From Candidatus Hydrogenedens sp. (lineage in GTDB: Bacteria > Hydrogenedentota > Hydrogenedentia > Hydrogenedentales > Hydrogenedentaceae), in the NCBI GenBank assembly GCA_049968235.1, contig JBMFRC010000009.1, positions 32,001 to 96,000 on the forward strand: DNA of 64,000 nucleotides, in the 5' to 3' direction. The stretch's first letter is position 1. The number at the start of each line of letters is the position of its first letter. Of this stretch, positions 8,547 through 18,906 are shown piece by piece. The position numbers and the translations under genes are program-made. The notes beneath the pieces are model-generated. The model was not told the DNA's origin. It ran no database searches and was given only the letters and a program-made list of their open reading frames with translations.

Positions 8547-9584
8547 ACGGCACCGAAAAAAGATACAAAAGAACCTGAGAAACTAACAGGTCGAAAAAAA
8601 GCGGCAATTCTGCTGGCATGTTTGGGTCCAGAACATGCGAGTAATATTCTTGCTCATTTAAGAGATGCTGAAATTGACCGCCTCACGCTGGATATTGCTT
8701 CTCTGGGAACTATTGACCCGGAGATTAAGGCAAAAATATTTGATGAGTTTTTCCAGATGGTAGAGGCAAAACGGTTCGTAGCAGAGGGAGGAATTGAATT
8801 AGCCAAGGAATTATTAGAGAAATCCTTTGGTGCACAAAAAGCGGTAGAAATATTGAGTCGTTTACAAAGTTCCTTGCAGGAAGTTCCTTTTCAATTTTTA
8901 AAGAAAGCAGACCCATCACAAATCAGTAGTTTTATTCAGGAGGAACACCCTCAAACCATTGCATTAATATTAGCCCACCTCGACCCTAAAGTTTCTGCTC
9001 TGGCTCTCTCTTCATTACCTCCTGAGACACAAACCGATGTAATTTATCGTATTGCCACGATGGATCGAACCGCTCCTGAAATTATTCATGAGGTAGAACG
9101 GGTTCTGGAAAGAAAAATGGCAGCGGTTTTCACACAAGGATTTACTTTTGCTGGAGGTGTGAAAGAAGTAGCAGAGATACTCAATCTTGTTGAACGGTCT
9201 GCTGAAAAGAGTATTATGGAAAAATTGCAAGAAAAGGACCCGGATTTAGCAAATGAAATCAATAAATTAATGTTTACTTTTGATGATTTGATTTATGTTG
9301 ACGATGCAGGTATTCAAAAGGCATTGAGAGAAATTGATTCTAAGGATTTGGCTTTAGCTTTGAAATCATCTACGGATGAAGTCAAAGACAAAATATTTAA
9401 AAATATGTCAGAACGTGCTCGGGAAATGTTGAAAGAAGAGATAGAATTTATGGGTCCTGTTCGACTTAAAAATGTGGAAGAGGCTCAACAACGAATTGTG
9501 GCAGTAATACGCCGATTAGAAGAAGCAGGTGACCTTATTATCACAGGAAGAGGAGAAGGTGGAGGCGAAGAAATTCTTGTTTAA
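8547..9584 (+). CDS. fliG: Flagellar motor switch protein FliG (start codon unclear; N-terminal LTGRKKAAILLACLG segment lies upstream of the first canonical start at 8622)
   Basis: FliG signatures (..MFTFDDL.., ..EIEFMGPVRLKNVEEAQQ..). The conserved N-terminal helix is encoded in frame upstream of TTG 8622 with no ATG/GTG/TTG available. AAGGAG (8532-8537) precedes an ACG codon at 8547, overlapping the fliF stop. Confidence 0.8.
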   Translation, partial: TAPKKDTKEPEKLTGRKKAAILLACLGPEHASNILAHLRDAEIDRLTLDIASLGTIDPEIKAKIFDEFFQMVEAKRFVAEGGIELAKELLEKSFGAQKAVEILSRLQSSLQEVPFQFLKKADPSQISSFIQEEHPQTIALILAHLDPKVSALALSSLPPETQTDVIYRIATMDRTAPEIIHEVERVLERKMAAVFTQGFTFAGGVKEVAEILNLVERSAEKSIMEKLQEKDPDLANEINKLMFTFDDLIYVDDAGIQKALREIDSKDLALALKSSTDEVKDKIFKNMSERAREMLKEEIEFMGPVRLKNVEEAQQRIVAVIRRLEEAGDLIITGRGEGGGEEILV

Positions 9585-9592
9585 CAATCAGG

Positions 9593-10303
9593 ATGGATAT
9601 ATTTATGTCTAAGGTTAAGAAAACACAAAAAGTTATTACTGAAAATACAGAAATAAAGTTTCTATCTCGTAATGATTTGAAAGAATTTCCGAAAGAAAAA
9701 GAGATTTCTGACGACCCTTTAAGCATGTATTCTCCGGAGGAATTGCGTGCTTTAGTGCTAGAACAGGCTCAACTGGAAGCGGAGGAAATGAAACGGAAAG
9801 CCTATGAAGAAGGATACAATGCAGGCAAATTACATGCTGAAAAGGAATTCCAACAATTCCTTGAGGAGATGAATAAAATTGTTCAAGAAAGTATAAAAAC
9901 AATTACTCAAGCAAGAACCAGCTTCCTTGAGCAATTGACTCCTCAAATCCTTAAAATGGTTTTTCAAATTTCTGAACAGGTAATCTCTGCTCAAATCCAA
10001 ATAAAGTCAGATATTGTTGAGGTTATTATAAGAGAAACATTAGAGGAATTAATAGATAGTCAGGAGATATATTTACATATTCATCCGGATGATTATGCAT
10101 TAATTGAAGCGGAAATCAAATCGCAATTGGAGGGTGGTAGCATAATGCAAAAGGTTATTTTTGTCCCGGATGAAACAATAGAAAGGAGTGGATGTATTGC
10201 GGAAACTAAAACACAATTTATAGATAATCAAATTTCTTCACGATTAAAACTAATCATTGAGAAGATAGTTAACCTTGCGAGGGAAAATGGTGTTGACATT
10301 TAA
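9593..10303 (+). CDS. fliH: Flagellar assembly protein FliH
   Basis: 236 aa; E-rich coiled-coil N-terminus; lies between fliG and fliI and overlaps fliI. Confidence 0.6.
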   Translation: MDIFMSKVKKTQKVITENTEIKFLSRNDLKEFPKEKEISDDPLSMYSPEELRALVLEQAQLEAEEMKRKAYEEGYNAGKLHAEKEFQQFLEEMNKIVQESIKTITQARTSFLEQLTPQILKMVFQISEQVISAQIQIKSDIVEVIIRETLEELIDSQEIYLHIHPDDYALIEAEIKSQLEGGSIMQKVIFVPDETIERSGCIAETKTQFIDNQISSRLKLIIEKIVNLARENGVDI

Positions 10304-11597
10304 GCCTTATATCGATATTGTTCAAGGGACAAAGCCATTTCAAATTTGTGGCAAGGTTAAAAATATTACGGGGTTAACTATTGAAGTTACGGGTCCAGAA
10401 ATGAGAGTTGGGGACCTATGCTATATATCATCAAGGGACAGAAAAAATCTGATACCTGTGGAAGTGGTTGGTTTTAGAAATGACCATTATCTTGTAATGC
10501 CTCTGGATGAGATTCAAGGGTTAGGACCGGGCTATATTTTAATTCCAACTTTTCAGTCACGAAATGTCCCTGTTGGAGATGCCTTTTTGGGAAGGGTTAT
10601 TGATGCTCTCGGTAATCCTATGGATGGAAAGCCTTTCCCTAAAGTTAGTGAAAAGAGGTCGCTATATACATGCCCTCCATCTGCAGTGTTTCGTCCTCGA
10701 ATAACAGAACCATTAGCGACAGGGATAAAATCCATTGATGGATGTACTACCTGTGGTAAAGGACAGCGTGTAGCAATTCTTTCCGGAAGTGGTGTGGGAA
10801 AAAGCAAATTGATTGGGATGATTGCACGGAACACCAATGCGGATATAAATGTAATCGCTCTTGTAGGAGAACGAGGGAAAGAAGTTCGTGAGTTTATCGA
10901 TTTAGATTTAGGAGAAGAAGGACTGAAAAGGTCTGTGGTTGTTGTGGCAACATCACACGAGTCTGCATTAAGACGAATTAGCGCTGGCTATGTAGCAACA
11001 ACAATTGCAGAATATTTTCGTGACCAGGGTGCAGATGTATTGTTGATGATGGATTCTATAACAAGGTTTGCTATGGCACAACGCGAAATAGGTTTATCTA
11101 TTGGAGAGCCTCCAACAACGAAAGGATATACACCGTCCGTGTTCAGTCTTTTGCCCCGTCTATTGGAACGGGTAGGGACATCAAAGAAAGGAACTATAAC
11201 AGGTTTTTATACAGTTCTTGTAGAAGCAGATGATTTGAATGACCCCATAGGCGATGCTGTTCGTAGTATTACGGATGGGCATATTTCTTTATCACGGAGT
11301 TTAGCATCTCGTGGACATTATCCTCCGGTAGATGTTCTGGAAAGTATTAGCCGTTCCATGCTGGAAATTACATCGTCGGAACATCGTGTACTATCAAATA
11401 AAATACGAAGTATTCTGGCTATTTATCGTGATGCCGAAGATCTGGTAAATATTGGGGCTTATGTTACAGGGTCAAATAAGGAGATTGATGAGGCGTTACG
11501 GCTTATGCCGAAAATAAGAAAATTTTTAATCCAGGATTTGTATGAAAAGGTTTCCTGGGACCAAATTTTACCCTTAATGAAGGAGGCACTTGGTTAA
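10275..11597 (+). CDS. fliI: Flagellum-specific ATPase FliI
   Basis: Walker A GSGVGKS; F1/T3SS-ATPase-like ..MDSITRFAMAQREIGL..; 440 aa. Confidence 0.9.
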   Translation: MRGKMVLTFKPYIDIVQGTKPFQICGKVKNITGLTIEVTGPEMRVGDLCYISSRDRKNLIPVEVVGFRNDHYLVMPLDEIQGLGPGYILIPTFQSRNVPVGDAFLGRVIDALGNPMDGKPFPKVSEKRSLYTCPPSAVFRPRITEPLATGIKSIDGCTTCGKGQRVAILSGSGVGKSKLIGMIARNTNADINVIALVGERGKEVREFIDLDLGEEGLKRSVVVVATSHESALRRISAGYVATTIAEYFRDQGADVLLMMDSITRFAMAQREIGLSIGEPPTTKGYTPSVFSLLPRLLERVGTSKKGTITGFYTVLVEADDLNDPIGDAVRSITDGHISLSRSLASRGHYPPVDVLESISRSMLEITSSEHRVLSNKIRSILAIYRDAEDLVNIGAYVTGSNKEIDEALRLMPKIRKFLIQDLYEKVSWDQILPLMKEALG

Positions 11598-11602
11598 TTG
11601 TC

Positions 11603-12061
11603 ATGAATCCGAGAGAGTATCAACGATATGACCCTTTATTAAGAATTCGTAAAACACAAGAACAACTGTGTGCACAGAAATTGGCAGAAACAATGATGAA
11701 AATAAAAAACATTGAACAGGAAATTAAAAACACGGAGCAATTGCAAAAGGACTATATGTCGCAGGTTCAGACCATGCAAAAAAAATCGCATAAAGTAAAA
11801 GAAATATCAGATTCATTTGAATATATAGTATTTTTAGGGAAGCAAAAGGAGTTGCTAGATAAAAAGAAAGGGGAATTGGAAGATATAGCCCAAAAGCAGA
11901 GAAAAGAATTAGAGCAAATTATGATAGAAGAAAAAATGCTCCAAAAACTAAGAGATAATAGAGAAAGAGTTTTCCGTAATTGGGTGAGAAAGGAAATACA
12001 AAAGGACACAGATGATTTAAGTGGAACACGATTTTCAATGAAGAATAAAGAAGCCATATGA
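11603..12061 (+). CDS. fliJ: Flagellar export protein FliJ (coiled-coil)
   Basis: 152 aa fully helical, charged protein directly after fliI. Confidence 0.55.
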   Translation: MNPREYQRYDPLLRIRKTQEQLCAQKLAETMMKIKNIEQEIKNTEQLQKDYMSQVQTMQKKSHKVKEISDSFEYIVFLGKQKELLDKKKGELEDIAQKQRKELEQIMIEEKMLQKLRDNRERVFRNWVRKEIQKDTDDLSGTRFSMKNKEAI

Positions 12062-12099
12062 TTATAAATATATGGTATTGAAACATAGGAAACGAGAAT

Positions 12100-12675
12100 A
12101 TGCGATTTCTCTTGATTATTATATTAGCAATTATATCTTTTGTGGGGACACTGGTAGGAATATTAGCCGTTACAGGAAATCTATCCGGAGAATCTCTCCA
12201 GAAATTAGTTGCCCCTTCTCCTGCTACCCCAAAGGTAACAATACCCCAGCACAATATTCATGAAGATTCCATTGCTACATTGATTGAGCAGATTCAGAAG
12301 AAGGAATCTTTATTAAAGCAAAAGGAAGAGGAAATAAAGAAAAAAGAGGAAGAGATAAATGCAAAATCTCAAGAATTGCAACAAATGCAAACGAAAATAG
12401 AGTCCATACAAAAAGAACTGAGTTCCAAATTAGGGGAGGATAAAAAAGAAAAGGCAGTGCAAATGCAAGCCATTGCAGTTACGCTTAGTGGTATGAAGCC
12501 GGATAAGGCGGCAGAACGATTGAAAACAATGAATCCAGATGAAATTGCAGAAATTCTTTCTTATGTCAAACCTAAGGAAAGAGGGAAAATTGTAGAAGCC
12601 TTAGATGCTCAATTAGCAGCACAGGTACTTCAAGCTCTGCAAAAAGTGCAACCTCCTTCTCCTCCCTCCTCATAA
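12100..12675 (+). CDS. Flagellar operon protein with MgtE_N-like domain (YlxF/FlbB/MotE-like)
   Basis: N-terminal TM, coiled-coil, C-terminal ..ERLKTMNPDEIAEILSYVKPKERGKIVEAL.. (MgtE intracellular N-domain-like); same position as B. subtilis ylxF between fliJ and fliK. Confidence 0.5.
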   Translation: MRFLLIIILAIISFVGTLVGILAVTGNLSGESLQKLVAPSPATPKVTIPQHNIHEDSIATLIEQIQKKESLLKQKEEEIKKKEEEINAKSQELQQMQTKIESIQKELSSKLGEDKKEKAVQMQAIAVTLSGMKPDKAAERLKTMNPDEIAEILSYVKPKERGKIVEALDAQLAAQVLQALQKVQPPSPPSS

Positions 12676-12767
12676 AATTCATTCCTTAATAAACTAATCT
12701 AATTCGAATTCAAAACTTATTCCTTGATTTGGTTGAAATATTAACTCTTTTTTTAAGGAGAGGATTT

Positions 12768-14264
12768 ATGATTGATAATATAATGAATGTTCTTTTCCCT
12801 GTAGTGTCCGGGGAAATCACAAAAACAGAACCAGGTGCTCAGGAGAATACAAACCCTAATGGGAGCAATTTCGGGCAGGTCCTGAGTATATTGATGGCTC
12901 AAATGGGATTAATAGCAATACCCGTTCAACAGGATGGTAATACTTCTTTGTCAGAAACAGAAATCCATTCAGATGCACAGGTAAATAATGTCTCTTCATT
13001 TATTACAAACCCGAATAATATAGAATTGCCTTCTACCATAGAAGGTACGGTTACTCAGGAACTAGTTCAATTACCGGATTCTGGTATCGAAATTGATTCT
13101 ATTACAGGACAGGAAGATGTGCAAAACAAAAGTTTACCTGTTGTGGATACAGATGCAAAACAAGATAATCCTATTATTTATGAGTGTCAGGATGAATTGT
13201 TATTGCAATTAGGTACTAATATAGAACAGAGAATTGCAAAAGTACAATCTGGACAACCTAAGACAAAACAATCGGGTGTGGGAATAAAAACTTTAACATC
13301 TCTTAATTCCTCACAAAAAGGAAATTCATCCATTGGTAGTGAAAATGTAATTACACCGATGGATACAGAACAAATGGGCAAAATAGAGACGGTAGAATTA
13401 CCTCAAATTACAGAAAAATTACACATTAAGAATATAGGATTATCTACCATTTTGAATCCTGAAGAACAGCAAGAACAGGTCCTCTTAAAATCAGGACAGG
13501 TATCAAATGATAAAAACATTCAGAATGGTGTGATGGGGACCCCGTCAAATACACAACAAAAATATACAGATATACTGGCAGATTTAAAACACGATTTACC
13601 AGAAAATATGGATGTAGAAATGAAAGGAAATATATTTTCTAAAGTTCCGGAAACGAAATTAATTTCTAATTCCGGTGAACAAACCAATTCAAGCTCTCAA
13701 CATAAATCTGATTTGCCAAACTCAAATCCTCAATTAGGAATTTTCACCGAAAAGTACATGAAGATAGGAAGTGAAGGAGCCTCTGCTAAAACACCTTCTG
13801 TAATCCCGGCAGAATCCAAAGATGTTGTTGCTACATTATCCTCATTGAGGGCTGTTCTGACAGAACAGATAAAGTTTGCAGTTCGCTCAGAGACAAAAAC
13901 GATTACTGTAAGATTAGAACCTGAGTCGTTAGGGCTCATGGAGGTTAAAGTTCAGGAATATTCCGGTAAAATTGGAATTCAACTTACTACTTCTAACAAT
14001 GAAGTCCATAAAATTCTAACACAAGGTCTACCTCAATTAAGGGAAGCCCTGAAACAGGAAGGTATTTTTGTTAAGGATGTACAGGTTATTTCCACAGGGA
14101 CAGCAAGCCTTATGTTAAATCAGGATTTCAGTTCACATTCCTTTTCAAGGGAACTTCACATAGAACCTGTCTTATCTCATTTTAATAGTAACACGCAACA
14201 AATAACAGAGGAAATAAAACCCTTAACAGATTACCATAATGGAACATTAAGTTTATGGGTATAG
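12768..14264 (+). CDS. fliK: Flagellar hook-length control protein FliK
   Basis: C-terminal Flg_hook-type domain (..ITVRLEPESLGLMEVKVQEYSGKIGIQL..). Long S/T/Q-rich N-terminal region. Start taken at ATG 12768 preceded by AAGGAG; the ORF track starts earlier at 12729. Confidence 0.7.
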   Translation: MIDNIMNVLFPVVSGEITKTEPGAQENTNPNGSNFGQVLSILMAQMGLIAIPVQQDGNTSLSETEIHSDAQVNNVSSFITNPNNIELPSTIEGTVTQELVQLPDSGIEIDSITGQEDVQNKSLPVVDTDAKQDNPIIYECQDELLLQLGTNIEQRIAKVQSGQPKTKQSGVGIKTLTSLNSSQKGNSSIGSENVITPMDTEQMGKIETVELPQITEKLHIKNIGLSTILNPEEQQEQVLLKSGQVSNDKNIQNGVMGTPSNTQQKYTDILADLKHDLPENMDVEMKGNIFSKVPETKLISNSGEQTNSSSQHKSDLPNSNPQLGIFTEKYMKIGSEGASAKTPSVIPAESKDVVATLSSLRAVLTEQIKFAVRSETKTITVRLEPESLGLMEVKVQEYSGKIGIQLTTSNNEVHKILTQGLPQLREALKQEGIFVKDVQVISTGTASLMLNQDFSSHSFSRELHIEPVLSHFNSNTQQITEEIKPLTDYHNGTLSLWV

Positions 14265-14276
14265 AGGAGAAATACT

Positions 14277-14903
14277 ATGAATGCAATGGTGCAATTTAAA
14301 TCAAATGTTTTGGGGATAAATTCTCCGACATCTGCTCAACGAACGGAAGTAATCAAAGAAATGAGTTCTTTGTATCAAGCGAAAAGAAAAGGATTACTTC
14401 AAAATTACCTAAAGAAAGTTATTGAATCAACAGATGCAAAAACTTTATCGGTTGCAAAGTCTGTTGATACGCCGTCCACCAGTAATAATACAGGGACAAT
14501 TCGAACTCCATCAAGAGAATTAAGTTCAGATACATTTTTACAATTACTTGTTATGCAAATGCAATATCAAGACCCATTGGAACCTGTTCAAAATACAGAA
14601 ATGCTTGCCCAATTAGCTCAATTTTCAGCACTGGAACAAACCATTAAAACAAATACAAATATAGCATTATTACAGCAAGAAATCCAGACTTTATCCCAGA
14701 ATGTGCAATTTATGTCTATGAACGCCAGTCAACAGATGATTGGTAGATACATTGAAGGTTCTTCACAAGATGGAACATCTGTAAAAGGGAAAGTGGATGC
14801 GGTATCCATTGAGAATGGGACAGTCTTTTTAAATGTAGGTTCGGATAAAGTTCCTATTACTCAGGTTCAAAGTGTCCGAGTAGAACAACCCAATACAAAG
14901 TGA
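14277..14903 (+). CDS. flgD: Flagellar hook capping/assembly protein FlgD
   Basis: ..DTFLQLLVMQMQYQDPLEPVQNTEMLAQLAQFSALEQ.. is the FlgD signature; AGGAG RBS. Confidence 0.85.
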   Translation: MNAMVQFKSNVLGINSPTSAQRTEVIKEMSSLYQAKRKGLLQNYLKKVIESTDAKTLSVAKSVDTPSTSNNTGTIRTPSRELSSDTFLQLLVMQMQYQDPLEPVQNTEMLAQLAQFSALEQTIKTNTNIALLQQEIQTLSQNVQFMSMNASQQMIGRYIEGSSQDGTSVKGKVDAVSIENGTVFLNVGSDKVPITQVQSVRVEQPNTK

Positions 14904-14977
14904 CGAAACATTCATCTGAAATGAAAAGAAGAGTCCTAAATATAAATTAAACCAATAAACCATAAGGAGATATAACT

Positions 14978-16237
14978 ATGGGAATGGCAATGTTAACAGC
15001 AGTAACAGGCTTACAGTCGCATCAACGACGGTTGGATGTAATTGCAAACAATATTGCAAATGTAAACACTGTAGGTTACCGTTCTTCTCGTGTTCTTTTT
15101 CAGGATTTGTTTTCTCAATTGTTAAGAGGTGGTTCTGCTCCGGTAGGGAATTTTGGAGGTTCCAATCCGCAACAGGTGGGGTTGGGTGTGCGTATCGCAA
15201 GTATTGATGTCAATCATCAACAAGGGTCACTTTTGTCTACCGGAGTTTCTTCGGATTTGGCAATACAGGGCAATGGTTTTTTTGTGTTGAGTGATGGACA
15301 AAAAATTGCTTTTACGCGGGATGGCTCCTTTGATTTAAACTCTAATGGGTTGCTTATTGACCCTGCTACTGGTATGCGCGTGCAAGGATATATTGCAGAT
15401 GATACCGGTGTTGTCAATACAGACCAGCCAGCACAGGATATTTCCATCCCCATTGGAAGTGCAGGGATTGTTCGTTCTACTACCAATGTGTATCTTATTG
15501 GAAATCTAAATGCGAATGCTCCTACGACTCCTACTCCAACTACAGTAACAAGGACAGTAGAGGTTTACGATTCTTTAGGTACTGCACAATTGGTAACTTT
15601 ATCATTTACGAAACAGGCAACCCCTGCAAACCAGTGGACATGGGAAGCTTCATACGACGGAAATACTGTAGGTAGTGGAGCATTAACATTTAGTACTTCT
15701 GGCACATTACCATCAGGCACTACAGGAACGATAACAATTCCTGGTGCATTAATGAATACAACAGGTTCTCAACCCAATGATTTAACATTCAATATTGATT
15801 TTAGTGAAATCACTCAATTGGCAACAGATAGTAGCACAGGTAGTGATGTTACAGTTCGTTCACAGGATGGTTTTCCAAGAGGTGTCCTTGAAAGTTTTAA
15901 TATCGGTGCCAATGGTGAAATTGTAGGAGTATTCAGCAACGGACTTACCCGCGTTTTTGCTCAGGTAGCCCTGGCAACATTTTCCAATGTAGGGGGATTG
16001 GTTCGCGATGGGAATAACATGTTCCTTGAAACCCCTGCATCCGGGGTCGCTCAAGTAGGTCCTCCCCGTTCTGGTAGTAGGGGAACTGTTTCCGGTGGTG
16101 TTCTGGAAAGTTCCAATGTAGATTTAGGTACAGAATTTAGTTCTTTAATTGTAACACAACGCGGATTTCAAGCAAATGCCCGAACCATAACTGCTGCGGA
16201 TACACTTCTTCAAGAGACCGTTAATTTAGGTAGATAA
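14978..16237 (+). CDS. flgE: Flagellar hook protein FlgE
   Basis: N-terminal ..NIANVNTVGYRSSRV.., ..GFFVL..; C-terminal ..VDLGTEFSSLIVTQRGFQANARTITAADTLLQETVNL. Confidence 0.85.
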   Translation: MGMAMLTAVTGLQSHQRRLDVIANNIANVNTVGYRSSRVLFQDLFSQLLRGGSAPVGNFGGSNPQQVGLGVRIASIDVNHQQGSLLSTGVSSDLAIQGNGFFVLSDGQKIAFTRDGSFDLNSNGLLIDPATGMRVQGYIADDTGVVNTDQPAQDISIPIGSAGIVRSTTNVYLIGNLNANAPTTPTPTTVTRTVEVYDSLGTAQLVTLSFTKQATPANQWTWEASYDGNTVGSGALTFSTSGTLPSGTTGTITIPGALMNTTGSQPNDLTFNIDFSEITQLATDSSTGSDVTVRSQDGFPRGVLESFNIGANGEIVGVFSNGLTRVFAQVALATFSNVGGLVRDGNNMFLETPASGVAQVGPPRSGSRGTVSGGVLESSNVDLGTEFSSLIVTQRGFQANARTITAADTLLQETVNLGR

Positions 16238-16286
16238 TCTTAATACATGATTTCATTAACAAAAAAATCCTACTAATTCCAAATAA

Positions 16287-16319
16287 GGCTGAGGCTTGAA
16301 AACCTCAGCCTATTTTTTT
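16287..16319 (+). terminator. Rho-independent terminator after flgE
   Basis: GGCTGAGG-cttgaaaa-CCTCAGCC stem-loop followed by tATTTTTTT. Confidence 0.6.
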
Positions 16320-16438
16320 AGTAGAATTGTAATAGCAAAGAGAGATTAAATCATGTTAAAATCAGAGACGAAGAGGTGTTTTATGTTGATGAAAAGAAAT
16401 GAAAATTTCTATATGAATAACATAGAAAAGGGAGTTCT

Positions 16439-17212
16439 ATGGATTTAGCAACTGTAATAGGACTGATTGCAGGTATATCTTTGACACTTATATCTATTCT
16501 GATGGGAGGGTCCATTACAATCTTTATAAATATACCTTCTTTCATTCTCGTTGTGGGAGGGACTATTGCATCTACACTAATTAATTATCCATTGAGCGAT
16601 GTGTTAAAGGTCTTTAATACAGTAAAGAATTCATTCATTCAGAAACTTACACCTGTCGAAACTTTGATTGAAAAGATTATTGAATTTGCCACTATTGCAC
16701 GAAGAGAGGGTATCCTTGCTCTCGAAGGACCTGCATCGGAATTAGACGACGAGTTTTTGCAACGAGGTATACAACTTGCGATTGATGGAACCGCACCCGA
16801 ATTGCTTAAAGACATTCTTACGACAGAATTGGCGTTTATGGAAGATAGACATGCGTTGGGGCAATCAGTTCTTTCTGCGATGGCTGCTTATGCTCCTGCC
16901 TTCGGAATGATAGGAACATTAATTGGTTTGGTGCAAATGCTTGCTACAATGGAAGACCCATCTCAAATTGGTATTGGTATGGCTGTTGCAATCTTAACTA
17001 CATTGTATGGAGCATTAATCGCTAACTTAATTATGTTGCCTCTTGCAGGAAAATTAAAAGTCAGAACCGCAGAAGAACTCCTTTTAAGGGAACTTATTAT
17101 TGAAGGTATTTTATCAATTCAATCAGGAGATAATCCTCGTGTTGTGGAACAGAAGTTAAAAGCATTTATTGCTCCTGAATTGCGAAAACGGATTGTAACA
17201 GGGAAAAAGTAG
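16439..17212 (+). CDS. motA: Flagellar stator protein MotA
   Basis: 4-TM MotA/TolQ/ExbB topology with conserved ..AFGMIGTLIGLVQML.. segment. Confidence 0.85.
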   Translation: MDLATVIGLIAGISLTLISILMGGSITIFINIPSFILVVGGTIASTLINYPLSDVLKVFNTVKNSFIQKLTPVETLIEKIIEFATIARREGILALEGPASELDDEFLQRGIQLAIDGTAPELLKDILTTELAFMEDRHALGQSVLSAMAAYAPAFGMIGTLIGLVQMLATMEDPSQIGIGMAVAILTTLYGALIANLIMLPLAGKLKVRTAEELLLRELIIEGILSIQSGDNPRVVEQKLKAFIAPELRKRIVTGKK

Positions 17213-17218
17213 GACATT

Positions 17219-17956
17219 ATGGCAAAGGAAAGAAAAAAGCAACCTGAAGGAGAAGGGGGAGCCCCTGGATGGGTAGTTACTTACGGAGATATGATGAGCC
17301 TATTACTAACTTTCTTTATTCTCCTCGTATCATTTTCGTCTATTAGTGAAGAAGACTTTAAGAAAGCAATGGGCTCATTGGAAGGCGCTTTAAGTGTGCT
17401 TCCAAAGAATGCAGGTGTTTTAGATTTACAAATGTTGAATCGGAGAGAACAGCAAAGAAAAATGCAGCAGGCAGCACAAAAAATAGCGGAAGAATTACAA
17501 ATTTTGGGACAAGATAAACAGGTCAAGGTAGAATATGATGCAAAAGGAGGAATCAAGATAACCTTTCCTGATTCTGTCTTATTTGATAGAGGAAGTGCAG
17601 ACCTGAAACCCGAGTCTTTTCCTATTATTGAAAGTGTGTCAAAGACATTAGAAGAACTTACGGATGTCTTTGTAGAAATAAAGGGGCATACAGATAATAC
17701 CCCTATAGTGAATAATCCTCGATATAGAGATAACTATGACCTGAGTTATTACCGCTCCGACCAGGTTATGCGTAAAATGCTTTCTATTAGTTCTCTTACT
17801 CCGGAGATGTTTGAAATTACTGCTTGTGGTTCAAGCCAGCCTATATCAACAAATTTAACTGAGGAAGGAAGAAAAGAAAATCGTCGTGTTGAGATTTTCG
17901 TGCGAGGTTTTGTGAGTGAGGAAAAGATGGAAATGATACAAAAGGGTATGCCTTGA
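17219..17956 (+). CDS. motB: Flagellar stator protein MotB (OmpA-like C-terminus)
   Basis: N-terminal ..GWVVTYGDMMSLLLTFFILL.. (MotB plug/TM); OmpA-like ..NRRVEIFV.. at the C-terminus. Confidence 0.85.
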   Translation: MAKERKKQPEGEGGAPGWVVTYGDMMSLLLTFFILLVSFSSISEEDFKKAMGSLEGALSVLPKNAGVLDLQMLNRREQQRKMQQAAQKIAEELQILGQDKQVKVEYDAKGGIKITFPDSVLFDRGSADLKPESFPIIESVSKTLEELTDVFVEIKGHTDNTPIVNNPRYRDNYDLSYYRSDQVMRKMLSISSLTPEMFEITACGSSQPISTNLTEEGRKENRRVEIFVRGFVSEEKMEMIQKGMP

Positions 17957-18022
17957 TTTTATTTTTCAGAATGTGTTTTTCTATTATTACAATGGATATA
18001 AACAGAATAAGGAATAATTTTT

Positions 18023-18571
18023 ATGGCAGATGAAAAACCACCGGAACAACAGGAACAAAAGAAATCATCATCAAGCCTTATAAAATTGCTCCTGATAGGG
18101 GGGGCGAGCGTGCTAATTCCAGCAATTAGTGCAATTGTTGTATTTATGTTTGTTTTACGCCCTATGCTATTAACAGATGACACAGAAGGGAAAGATACAC
18201 CTGCAACTGTTGATACTACTGATGCGATACCTGCAACGGCAGTGATAGTAAAGTTTGATGAGACACAGGCAACGGTAATTACACAAAAGTCAGATGCACC
18301 TGCACCCTTGCTAATTTATCAAGTTGCAATGTCCTGCTCCGGACCCGAGGTATCTGCTGTAATTGAGGGGAAAAAAGAATATTTTACAGCATTGATTAAT
18401 AAAATACATCGGAATCGTTCACGAACCGAACTTAATGACCCCGGTGTCCAGGAAGCATTATTAAGACAGACAAAAAATGAGGCAAATCAATTGTTAAATA
18501 AGTTATCTCCCGGTATTCAGGGGTCTATTCTCGAAGTAATGTATATTAAATATACGATTGTGGACTTATAA
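18023..18571 (+). CDS. fliL: Flagellar basal body-associated protein FliL
   Basis: 182 aa; charged N-terminus, single TM, periplasmic domain; position after motB. Confidence 0.6.
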   Translation: MADEKPPEQQEQKKSSSSLIKLLLIGGASVLIPAISAIVVFMFVLRPMLLTDDTEGKDTPATVDTTDAIPATAVIVKFDETQATVITQKSDAPAPLLIYQVAMSCSGPEVSAVIEGKKEYFTALINKIHRNRSRTELNDPGVQEALLRQTKNEANQLLNKLSPGIQGSILEVMYIKYTIVDL

Positions 18572-18573
18572 TA

Positions 18574-18906
18574 ATGGCTATACAAAATCCCGAAAATATA
18601 TCTGATTTTGTTCCTGATGAAGATTTGGAAAAGGAAACGTCTCCTTCCGCTGTTCATCTAACTCTAAATGATTTAGCAATGATTCCTATTAAGGTGAGTG
18701 CGGAGTTGGGAAGATGCTCTATAAAAATAAAAGATATTCTGAAATTAGATAAGGGGTCTATTGTTACATTAAATAAACAAGCAGGTGAATTGGCAGATAT
18801 ATTTTTTAATGGCATCCTTATAGGTAGAGGAGAGATGATAGTTTTAGCGGACACTTTACATATACGTATAGTTGAAATAGAGGGTTTTAAAAGAGATGAA
18901 GAATAG
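18574..18906 (+). CDS. fliN: Flagellar motor switch protein FliN (SpoA domain)
   Basis: ..IPIKVSAELGRCSIKIKDILKLDKGSIVTLNK..GRGEMIVL.. matches the FliN/SpoA C-terminal domain; 110 aa. Confidence 0.75.
   Translation: MAIQNPENISDFVPDEDLEKETSPSAVHLTLNDLAMIPIKVSAELGRCSIKIKDILKLDKGSIVTLNKQAGELADIFFNGILIGRGEMIVLADTLHIRIVEIEGFKRDEE

Noticed and set aside
8511-8547. Possible FliF-FliG fusion
   Set aside because: FliF ends at TAA 8543-8545 and the FliG frame has a TAA at 8511-8513, so the two are separate ORFs in different frames. Only the start-codon problem remains.
16238-16438. Small flbD-like gene between flgE and motA
   Set aside because: Only 9-31-codon ORFs without RBS are present. The spacer is better explained by the flgE terminator plus the motA promoter region.
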